Assembly: GCA_030424665.1 (NCBI GenBank)
Contig: JAUHWN010000003.1
Span: 6,996-70,995, forward strand
Source of the DNA: Bdellovibrionia bacterium
GTDB taxonomy: Bacteria; Bdellovibrionota; Bdellovibrionia; Bdellovibrionales; JAGQZY01
Direction: 5' to 3'
Length of the DNA: 64,000 nt
A model generated the notes under the pieces. That model ran no database searches, was not told the DNA's origin, and saw nothing but the letters and a program-made list of their open reading frames with translations. Both the position numbers and the translations under genes were made by a program. Below, piece by piece: positions 35,464-43,534 of this stretch; the stretch's first letter is position 1, and the number at the start of each line of letters is the position of its first letter.

Positions 35464-37104
35464 TTAACATTCAGGTTCAGTCGGAGTGTAGGGGCGTGCC
35501 CTGGGAATACTGTAACCATTGGCTTCTGGGTCACCTATGAGTGAAAAAATTCCCAAAAACTTTGTCACATAACTAACGCGAAATTTTGGAATCATATTAA
35601 ATTGCACCATGGTCCAAAACTGAAAACCTTCGTCGTGAGCTCTTTCAAGACTCGAAACTTTTCCGCGGACATGACCTATTCCCCAGTTGTAAGAGAGAAC
35701 GGCCAAGTGTGGATCTTTAGGAAAGCTCTTTAAAAGCCAGGCAAAATATTTGGCGGCAGCTTCAGAAGCCTTCTTTAAATTGGCTCGTTCGTCACAGCGA
35801 TTGTGAACTTTCTTGCCGTTTGAATGAATCAAATCAAAAACGCGAAGATTCATTGGGTTTCCTCGGCCCGTAGCCTTCATAATTTGATAGGGACCGACTT
35901 CACCATCAGCTCCAATGCGAACCGGGTAACCAGGGCTCGTAAAGTAATCGGACTCCGTCCAAGTAACCATCATTAATTCCTGAGGAACTCCATGTTCATC
36001 AAAGTAAGGTGTAATCTCACCCAAACGCGGAATCAAACCGTTGATATAGTTCTGCACGCGATCGGTCGTCTTAAAAGAATTTCGTTTCTCTATGACCTTG
36101 TCGCGAGTAAACGACTCCCTGAATTTTTTTGTAACATAAGAGTTCCAATTGATTCTTAAATAACCTTCATTTTTTCCATCGTCGATGTGGGGCGGTTCGT
36201 CTTCGAGTGGAACATCAGCAACTAAGTCGAGTTCCCGGTCAGTAGTAAACAAACTCATAAAAAGACTTGAGTCATCTTTAAAGAAAATCTGAAAAATCCA
36301 ATCTCCGCTGTTCGTGTTTCCAACGAGAAAGGCCGATTTTATATTAAACGTTTCTTCAAAGTCTGACTTTGCACAGGCTAGGTTGAGGCTCTCATCGGTT
36401 TCATTGGTTTCAATGAGTTCAGCGCGGAAGCAAAATTGATCCGATACATTGGCCTGGATCCAAGCCGGGCCATGGGCGACCTCGACACTCGTAATGTTAA
36501 CTTCTGCTATAGATCTGGTGTGTGCCTTTAGCTGAGCCGAGTGACTCGAAGGACTGGCTCCATAGCTTTTAAAATGAGCTTTATTATTTCGCAAAACAAA
36601 ACCAGCCACGGCATTTGGATTTTTTGCTCCCCCTAAAAAGAGCATAATCATACTGAGATGGCACTTCCGATCAAAACAAGTCAGCATGGTCGTGTACTTG
36701 TGATTCGAAGGGTCTTTGAGTTCTTCAGATTTGAGGTGATTTCCATCTTCTTCCATTTTTCCAGAAAACTTGAGAAGTGTTTTTTGCTCACTGAAAGGAT
36801 CGATCAGCTCGATTTCTAAGTCATAGGTTTCATTCTTGTAGGAGTTTTTCACTTGGATGAGTGAGTTGCCCAATTTTTGATTTCCAAAGTTATAGGCATC
36901 AATTTTGGTTTTTACATCTTGCAAGAGGTGATCATTTGAAGCAGCGGTATAGGGGACGTGATCACCTGGGCGAATTCCTCCTGTATAGTCGCGAAGCTGC
37001 CTGAGCATCAGACTATCTGAGGCCTCCATACCAGCAGTACAACCACCGAGATGGACCGAAATTAGAATTGCATAAATAGATACTAAACCACGCGACCAAC
37101 CCAT
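35464..37104 (-). CDS. Lipoprotein with a C-terminal lytic transglycosylase (SLT) domain
   Basis: The probable start is 37104 (MGWSRGLVSIYAILISVHLGGC, lipobox LGGC). The track starts at 37146. SLT motifs: WTESDYF, GPYQIM and AVLSYNWG. Confidence 0.75.
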   Translation of the reverse strand: MGWSRGLVSIYAILISVHLGGCTAGMEASDSLMLRQLRDYTGGIRPGDHVPYTAASNDHLLQDVKTKIDAYNFGNQKLGNSLIQVKNSYKNETYDLEIELIDPFSEQKTLLKFSGKMEEDGNHLKSEELKDPSNHKYTTMLTCFDRKCHLSMIMLFLGGAKNPNAVAGFVLRNNKAHFKSYGASPSSHSAQLKAHTRSIAEVNITSVEVAHGPAWIQANVSDQFCFRAELIETNETDESLNLACAKSDFEETFNIKSAFLVGNTNSGDWIFQIFFKDDSSLFMSLFTTDRELDLVADVPLEDEPPHIDDGKNEGYLRINWNSYVTKKFRESFTRDKVIEKRNSFKTTDRVQNYINGLIPRLGEITPYFDEHGVPQELMMVTWTESDYFTSPGYPVRIGADGEVGPYQIMKATGRGNPMNLRVFDLIHSNGKKVHNRCDERANLKKASEAAAKYFAWLLKSFPKDPHLAVLSYNWGIGHVRGKVSSLERAHDEGFQFWTMVQFNMIPKFRVSYVTKFLGIFSLIGDPEANGYSIPRARPYTPTEPEC

Positions 37105-37471
37105 ACGTCGTTCTAAGGAGCAATGGAAGTGCCACGAGAAACACATGAAAACCGAGTATGGGCAGTTTCGTCGAGTAATAATTACAGAACTGACCGCATT
37201 TTGAACGAAAGCTCGCGAGTCACAAATTTTGTTAGTTTGCCTAATAGTTTAACAGAGACGAAAAATCGAAGGTTTGATCCTATTCGCAATTTTTATCCTC
37301 TTAGTAGGGTATTTTTGAAAGGGAGTAAAATTTGATAGATAGAATTGAATTTTAAAGCCTAGAATATGGGAATAGACCTTGCTACTACTTTCTATTACTA
37401 GAGTGGGATTTTAGAACTGGTACTGAGTCAAAAGCATTGACTACATATCAGTGTTTATTCAGGAGACTTGA

Positions 37472-39286
37472 ATGAAAATCCTAGTCCTATTCTTTTCTAT
37501 TGTTTTAATAAGCTTTCCCATGACATCGATTGCCCAGCGAGATTGCCAGGATCACATTCGTGATCTAATTGGTAGTCCCCATTTGAATGATCCGGGTATT
37601 TACCAAAATGTTTGGAATCGAGAAATCATTCAGCAAAGGGGACTTGAATTGGCCCCGGTGGAGTCTCAATCAGAAAATTTATTCCCAAATATTAATGTCT
37701 TTTTGCAACGAGCCAGTGAAGAAGAGAAATCTGTATTGTTTGGTCTCTTTGGACCAAAGAAGTCTTTGGGTAATATTGGTTTAACTAAACAGATGGCCTC
37801 GATTCTGTCGGCTGATGACGACTTACGAGGGATTATTGGTAGGCGTCTTGAAAACAATGAGCCAATATCATCTGTGACTATGTCCGAGATAATTTATTCA
37901 ATTAGGATGAGTTTTAGAAAGACTTATAGTGAAAGTCGCGAAGCCATCAGTGAAATTCGAAGTTTAGAAGAGAGATTGGCGGAATTACTCAAAGCATCTG
38001 GTGAAGATCGAAACCGGCAACAAGTCGACCTTCTAGTAGACAGAATTATGAGACTGCAAAATTCGATTTCTCATTTTGAGGAAAAAGAAAGTCTTTTTGA
38101 TTATTATGAACTTTTCGATGAAGATGTCGCCGCATATATTTTAAATGATTTAATTCTAGTAGGGATTATTGAATCAGGAATAATCAGTCCCCGCTATATA
38201 ACGAATAAACAAAGGATTCGATACTACTTTTCAAATCCTTTTTCGGATTTTTATCAGAGACGATTGACCTATTATTTGTATAGCGAACCGATTGATGGCT
38301 CTTACAATCTTGATCGTAGTATTTTTTCTTTAGAGTCCTATAGAGATAGTGAAATTTGGAATCCAATATTTACATTGATGACCGGAGGCGTGCTTGTTTC
38401 ATTGGGAACCCAGGGACATATTCTTAAGGAAATGGTGTCTGTCGGCCTCCCTTCGATCCTTGCAATTTCTAGTGTATTACCTGGCTCTGTTACCCAAAGA
38501 CTCGTAGCATTTTTTAGAAGAGCAATCTATCAGTCACGATTTAAGTCAATTCGAGATAAAGTGGGCGTAATGATCAGAGATGGGAAATTTGGTTTTACTG
38601 AGGAAAGTGGACATGGTGAAGAAAATGACTCTTACGACCCCGTCGAATTTGAAGTGATTGACCCTCTAGATCCTATTCGAATAAGTCGTCAGATTCTTGA
38701 GGCTCCAAATGCAGAACAAAGGGCGCAAGTCGTCAGTCATATGGTCGAGCGAATTGAAAAAGAAATATTAGTTTCATATTCGGCTCTACTTGCTCAAGAC
38801 AGAGATATTTATCCAATTATGAAATACTTACGAATGTGTAACCAATTGAATGAATGCAGCCCTTACAAGTCGCCGAGAAGAGTGTTACGCAAAGCTCAGT
38901 TACTTCTCGACCGGCACAATGTTATTTTGACAAGAAAACAAAACGTTCTATCTCCTTTGAAGGCTAGTTTGCTTCAAGTTAAAAGTAATTTAGAAGAAAC
39001 AGGCGATTCATCGGAGAGTGTTGAGCGAATCACCTTGCAGCTTGAGAACGTAGAATTACTTATCAGATTGAGTCAAAAACTCTTGGAGGGATACGAAGTA
39101 GTAACTAATTTATTAATTCATGGATTTCGATTTAAAGAAAATTACCAGGAAATTATTGATGAACTCTTGGCTATTGAGCTACTGATGTCAAATTCAGGAT
39201 TAATAGGTGATGTCTTGAATCCAGAATGGATCCTCCCTCAGCTTGAAGAGTTGGGTGTTTCGATCGATGAAGGTGGCTTCCATTAG
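37472..39286 (+). CDS. Large hypothetical protein (signal peptide, internal hydrophobic segments), AT-rich gene
   Basis: 604 aa with signal peptide MKILVLFFSIVLISFPMTSIAQ and a GGAGA RBS. No recognisable domain. Confidence 0.55.
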   Translation: MKILVLFFSIVLISFPMTSIAQRDCQDHIRDLIGSPHLNDPGIYQNVWNREIIQQRGLELAPVESQSENLFPNINVFLQRASEEEKSVLFGLFGPKKSLGNIGLTKQMASILSADDDLRGIIGRRLENNEPISSVTMSEIIYSIRMSFRKTYSESREAISEIRSLEERLAELLKASGEDRNRQQVDLLVDRIMRLQNSISHFEEKESLFDYYELFDEDVAAYILNDLILVGIIESGIISPRYITNKQRIRYYFSNPFSDFYQRRLTYYLYSEPIDGSYNLDRSIFSLESYRDSEIWNPIFTLMTGGVLVSLGTQGHILKEMVSVGLPSILAISSVLPGSVTQRLVAFFRRAIYQSRFKSIRDKVGVMIRDGKFGFTEESGHGEENDSYDPVEFEVIDPLDPIRISRQILEAPNAEQRAQVVSHMVERIEKEILVSYSALLAQDRDIYPIMKYLRMCNQLNECSPYKSPRRVLRKAQLLLDRHNVILTRKQNVLSPLKASLLQVKSNLEETGDSSESVERITLQLENVELLIRLSQKLLEGYEVVTNLLIHGFRFKENYQEIIDELLAIELLMSNSGLIGDVLNPEWILPQLEELGVSIDEGGFH

Positions 39287-39523
39287 TTTATTAAAGGTTT
39301 TTTGAGGATCCTGATGATGCGCCACACAAACCATCAGAGGGGCTCAATAATATGCGGGTTTGCTTGTACTTAGTCGGCCAAGAGCTTTTTATTCTACTTG
39401 AAGTATCAATCATTCGGTTTTAAATATTGCTTTCGCGACTCTATAAATGCTGGATTCCTTATCTCTAAATCTGTTGGATGGTTTCAACTACAGGAAGGAA
39501 CCCTAAATCTTGTAGGAGTAATC

Positions 39524-40612
39524 ATGTCTGACTCTAAAAAAACCCCACTATATCAATGGCACAAAGACCACCAGGGTCGAATCGTAGATTTTGCTGGTTG
39601 GCAGATGCCCGTGCAGTACGTGGGAATTAAAAACGAACACCAGGCAGTGCGCGAGCGCGCCGGGCTTTTTGATGTCTCTCACATGGGAGAAATTCTTGTT
39701 GAAGGCCCCAAGGCTTTAGAAACCCTTCAGTGGCTGACGAGCAACGATGTTTCAAAACTCAAGGAATACCAAGCCCAGTACACTTTGCTCATGAATCCCG
39801 ATGGTGGAATCGTTGATGATATGATCGTTTATTGTCTCGATAAAAATCACACTAAGTTTCTTCTGTGCGTAAATGCTGCCAACGAAGCTAAGGACTGGGA
39901 GTTTATTCAGCAACATAATAAAGGAGCTGAGCTTCGCAATGTGAGTTCAGAGTGGGGGCAAATTGCACTTCAAGGTCCGAAGGCCATGGAAATCTTAGCG
40001 CGGGTATACGGTGACGATGTAAAAGATCTAGCTGGATTTTATGTCCTGCCGACACCCTATAAAGGAACTCCGAGTATGATTGCTCGAACGGGCTATACCG
40101 GCGAAGACGGAGTAGAAATTTTTGTTAAATGGGATCAGACTCTGAATCTTTGGGAAGATCTTCTTGAGGCCGGTAAATCTGAAGACCTCATTGCATGTGG
40201 ATTGGGGGCTCGAGATACCTTGCGCCTCGAAAAGAAGTTTCCTTTGTACGGGCAAGAACTCACGGATGCGACCAATCCCTATTCGGCCGGACTCGGTTGG
40301 GTCACAAAACCGAAAGCCAAGGACTTCCTCGGAAGGGATAAAGTCCTCGCCGAAAAAGAAGCTGGAATTAAACAGAAAATGATTGGCTTTGAACTGATCG
40401 AAAAGGGGGTTCCCAGAACCGGTTACTCCTTGATTTCCTTTGACAATCAGGAAATCGGCAAGGTAACTAGTGGGACAATGTCGCCTTCTCTGGATCGCCC
40501 CATCGGCATCGCTTACATTGACGCGGGTCACAGTGAGGTGGGTAGCGAATTTTATGTTGAAATTCGCTCTCGGAAAGTTAAGGCTAAGGTCGTTAAAACT
40601 CCTTTCGTATAG
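39524..40612 (+). CDS. gcvT: Glycine cleavage system aminomethyltransferase (T protein)
   Basis: The ATG at 39524 follows AGGAG. The track starts at 39398. Motifs: [37 protein letters not shown] and [14 protein letters not shown]. Confidence 0.92.
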   Translation: MSDSKKTPLYQWHKDHQGRIVDFAGWQMPVQYVGIKNEHQAVRERAGLFDVSHMGEILVEGPKALETLQWLTSNDVSKLKEYQAQYTLLMNPDGGIVDDMIVYCLDKNHTKFLLCVNAANEAKDWEFIQQHNKGAELRNVSSEWGQIALQGPKAMEILARVYGDDVKDLAGFYVLPTPYKGTPSMIARTGYTGEDGVEIFVKWDQTLNLWEDLLEAGKSEDLIACGLGARDTLRLEKKFPLYGQELTDATNPYSAGLGWVTKPKAKDFLGRDKVLAEKEAGIKQKMIGFELIEKGVPRTGYSLISFDNQEIGKVTSGTMSPSLDRPIGIAYIDAGHSEVGSEFYVEIRSRKVKAKVVKTPFV

Positions 40613-40623
40613 TTGAGGGAAAA

Positions 40624-41010
40624 ATGGGATTTCATATACCAGAAGAAAATTATTATACAAAAGATCATGAATGGGCCCAAGTTGACGAGAATATCGTAAC
40701 TGTTGGGATTACTGAGTTCGCCCACGATCAACTCGGTGAAATCGTCTATATTGAGCTTCCTGAAGAAGGCCAAAAGGTCACGCAAAACGAAGCTTTTGGC
40801 GTGGTTGAAAGTACGAAGGCCATGAGCGATTTAATTGCTCCCGTTTCTGGTACTGTTATTGAGGTCAATTCAGAGCTCGAAAACGACCTCAATATATTAA
40901 ATGACGATCAAATGAACCAAGGTTGGATGATTCGTATAGAGATGGAAACTGAGAAAGAGCTCGCCAATCTCATGAAATCAGTGGATTACAAGAAGCTCAT
41001 TGGTAACTAG
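40624..41010 (+). CDS. gcvH: Glycine cleavage system H protein
   Basis: 128 aa. YTKDHEWAQVDENIVTVGITEFA is present, and the lipoyl-lysine motif is VESTKAMSDLIAPVSG. Confidence 0.92.
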   Translation: MGFHIPEENYYTKDHEWAQVDENIVTVGITEFAHDQLGEIVYIELPEEGQKVTQNEAFGVVESTKAMSDLIAPVSGTVIEVNSELENDLNILNDDQMNQGWMIRIEMETEKELANLMKSVDYKKLIGN

Positions 41011-41041
41011 AGTTCTTAAATAAAATCAGGGTTTTAAATAG

Positions 41042-41070
41042 GCAGCGATAAAAAGTCGCTGCTTTTTTTT
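41042..41070 (+). terminator. Rho-independent terminator after gcvH
   Basis: Stem GCAGCGA / TCGCTGC with a 7-nt loop, then T8. Confidence 0.75.
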
Positions 41071-41176
41071 ATTCCACTCAAAGAATCATTGATCTGAAGG
41101 CAATTTTACCTTACAACTAGGGGCTCATTTCGATTGGAATTGATAGGCCTCGGTCACTCAGTTCGAAAAGTGCATT

Positions 41177-41261
41177 GCCCGCGTGGTGGAATTGGCAGAC
41201 ACGCTAGACTTAGGATCTAGTGCCGCAAGGCGTGGGGGTTCGACTCCCTCCGCGGGCACCA
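41177..41261 (+). tRNA. tRNA-Leu (anticodon UAG), CCA encoded
   Basis: Perfect 7-bp acceptor stem GCCCGCG/CGCGGGC. The D-loop is AATTGGCAGA. The anticodon arm CTAGA-CTTAGGA-TCTAG places TAG at positions 34-36. The long variable arm TGCCGCAAGGCGT is class II. The T-arm is GGGGG-TTCGACT-CCCTC and the 3' end is ACCA. Confidence 0.9.
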
Positions 41262-41500
41262 TCTCACTTCAGATAAACTTCGTGAATTTAATTCTTTATA
41301 TCGGTTCGGGTTCGGTCATGTGGCTCGGTCCACACTCCCTTCACCTCTCACCTCATAAAAATTTAATTCACTTGTTTCTCTGTGTGAGAGATTGAGCCTC
41401 GCCCCTCGCTGTGCTCGAGGCTCTCAAATTACTCTCCGCGGGCAAATCTCACCTCATAAAAATTTAATTTACTCGTTTCACTTTGTGAGAGAGTTGGGCC
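41262..41500 (+). repeat. Tandem degenerate repeats of the tRNA-Leu 3' end plus downstream sequence (att-like remnants)
   Basis: The 23-nt sequence TCTCACCTCATAAAAATTTAATT is perfect at 41346-41368 and 41447-41469, within ~53-nt units of about 85% identity. A diverged copy (TCTCACTTCAGATAAA..AATTTAATT) follows the tRNA at 41262. CTCCGCGGGCA from the tRNA acceptor/T region recurs at 41434-41444. Confidence 0.75.
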
Positions 41501-41707
41501 TACTTCTATCGATCCATACAGTTGTAAATTTTCTTCAACTATCAAATTGTACTTAACTGTGGTTCGTAATGAGTCATTTTCAGGCTTCAATCTAATTTTG
41601 GGGCAGATATTTTCAAAAATGTATGGGTTTTTTAGTCCGCTAAAAAGAGATCATTGATTCATAGGTTGGGGCCTCACAGATCAGCCTCAATAAAACGGGG
41701 GAAAATC

Positions 41708-43108
41708 ATGAAAATTTTAATGTTTTTTAAAACTCTATTTTTATCATTGTTAGTAACAATCAATGTACAGGCCTTCGATGTCGGTGGACTTGTCGGTGAT
41801 GGTGAAGGAGGATATTCGGACGTAGGATTTGGTGGCATAGACGGTTCTGGAGACCTCGGAATTTCAGATGCTGATCTTGGCGGAGGTTTTGGAGTTTCTG
41901 ATGGTCAAGATTCCGAATCAGGCGCCAATGCAGGGTCGGAAAGTTCTGCTGATCCTTATGGCGGAGGAGAGGGTGGCGATGTCCTTGGTGGTTCCGGCAC
42001 TGATAACCTAGGGAGTCCAAGTAATGGAACCCGTGGGATGATTGAGACATTTACCAAAAATGCCATCGACCAAGCTCTTCCCAGTAAATCACAGGTTCAT
42101 AGAGATTTTATAGCTCAAGGAATTATAGATCGAAACAAAGATTTTATCGATCATGTCGATGGTATGTCACATTTTAGTCCAGACAACTTTAATGACCTTG
42201 CAAACGAAATCGATAAAGAAATTCAAGGTATCGTAGATTCACTTTCACAGCTCACAGGTAAAATTACAGTCGATAAAGTAAACATGCTTAACTACAAAAT
42301 CGATCAGTACTCTAAAAACTTATCCTATCACTTACTCGAGTCTTTAAAGAAAGCTAAAATGCTCGATCCATTGACTCGACTTGGGCTTAAAGGAGTTCGA
42401 ATTGTCGTAATGGAAGACCTTCCGAGCTCTCTCTATGCTAAAAAACTGGATATCATTTACCTTTCTCGCCAAGATATAAAAAAGTATGGCGCTGTCGTTC
42501 TCTATCATGAACTCATGCATGCGGGTTTAGAAAAAGCGAAAAAATCAGGTGCCATTTCAGAAGAGAATTATATTCAACTTAGTGAGCTCAATCAGACGCA
42601 ATTTGGACATTTAGACGGCTATGTGGGTAATGCTAGAGGCTACTATAAAGCCGACGGTTACGCCTACCAAGAAGCCTTGGTTATAGGCTGGAGTTATCAA
42701 AGACTTCTTGCGCGAATGAAATATCTACCAGAAGGTATGCAACCAAAGTCAGAGCAATACTTGAATGACATTAAAAACAATATTCCGATCATTTGGCTTG
42801 AAAAAGATAGAGCATTGCGCATGATCAGCTCGACTACTAAAAATCAAAATCAAGTGTATGAGGAATTTACTAGTCATTTTCTAAAAGCTCAATCTCCGTT
42901 GAGGCTCAGCATTCTCGAAGTTCAATCCCAAGTACGAGATGAGCTACCTGATCTGTGTACTCCTGGCACTGTGAAAATTAAAATAAATAGGTACTGCGGT
43001 AGTAATTACGAAAACTTTTATGCCACCGATAGTTGGACCTGTAGCAGTAACTATCGATTCAATGAAGTAACGCACACCCCATGTGGACAATTTACCCCCG
43101 ATAAATAG
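41708..43108 (+). CDS. Secreted hypothetical protein with an HExxH motif (possible zinc metallopeptidase)
   Basis: The ATG at 41708 gives MKILMFFKTLFLSLLVTINVQA. The track starts at 41654. A G/D/S-rich ~100-aa N-terminal region is followed by VVLYHELMHAG and a Cys-containing C-terminus. The protease call rests on the HExxH motif only. Confidence 0.5.
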   Translation: MKILMFFKTLFLSLLVTINVQAFDVGGLVGDGEGGYSDVGFGGIDGSGDLGISDADLGGGFGVSDGQDSESGANAGSESSADPYGGGEGGDVLGGSGTDNLGSPSNGTRGMIETFTKNAIDQALPSKSQVHRDFIAQGIIDRNKDFIDHVDGMSHFSPDNFNDLANEIDKEIQGIVDSLSQLTGKITVDKVNMLNYKIDQYSKNLSYHLLESLKKAKMLDPLTRLGLKGVRIVVMEDLPSSLYAKKLDIIYLSRQDIKKYGAVVLYHELMHAGLEKAKKSGAISEENYIQLSELNQTQFGHLDGYVGNARGYYKADGYAYQEALVIGWSYQRLLARMKYLPEGMQPKSEQYLNDIKNNIPIIWLEKDRALRMISSTTKNQNQVYEEFTSHFLKAQSPLRLSILEVQSQVRDELPDLCTPGTVKIKINRYCGSNYENFYATDSWTCSSNYRFNEVTHTPCGQFTPDK

Positions 43109-43133
43109 TTCACATTATTTTTTGCAAACCGAG

Positions 43134-43159
43134 GCGACCCTTCTGAGGGTCGCTTTTTT
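43134..43159 (+). terminator. Rho-independent terminator
   Basis: Stem GCGACCCT / AGGGTCGC with loop TCTG, then T6. Confidence 0.8.
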
Positions 43160-43248
43160 ATTTAGGTAACAATGAGCTAGCTCGAAGTTAATTAGTACCT
43201 TGTTAAAGGCACTTGAAAATGAGAGAGATTTTTAGTAGGAAGTCGTAC

Positions 43249-43479
43249 ATGACAGATAAAGAATTAAAATTGGGTGGGATTTACGAGCACTATAAGGGTA
43301 AGCGCTATGAGGTTATCGATGTGGTGAGACATAGCGAAACTCTTGAAGAAATGGTGCTATACAAAACTCTCTACAAAAGTGAGTTAGGTCCCCTCTGGGT
43401 GCGGCCCAAAGAAATGTTCCTTGAAGTGATCGAGGTAGACGGAAAAAAAGTCGATCGTTTTCGATTTGTTGAAGGGTAA
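43249..43479 (+). CDS. DUF1653-family small protein
   Basis: YEHYKGKRYEVIDVVRHSETLEEMVLYKTLY...LWVRPKEMFLE matches the DUF1653 pattern as I recall it. The ATG at 43249 follows AGGAAG. The track starts at 43213. Confidence 0.65.
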   Translation: MTDKELKLGGIYEHYKGKRYEVIDVVRHSETLEEMVLYKTLYKSELGPLWVRPKEMFLEVIEVDGKKVDRFRFVEG

Positions 43480-43534
43480 GCTCGTTTTGAGCCCTTGTGT
43501 GAACATCTTTAAGGTTTGAACTTTACCATGTAGT

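Noticed and set aside
37369-37383. The 15-nt exact match GGAATAGACCTTGCT is shared with 45562-45576.
   Set aside because: A few 15-mer coincidences are expected by chance in a 64-kb window when both strands are considered. The flanks do not align.
39287-39523. A glycine riboswitch might be expected upstream of gcvT-gcvH.
   Set aside because: I could not find the conserved cores (GGAGAG ... ACCGAAGGGGCAA ... CTCTGGAGAG type elements) on either strand of the leader. Only a weak 6-bp hairpin is present. A covariance-model scan (Rfam RF00504) would settle it.
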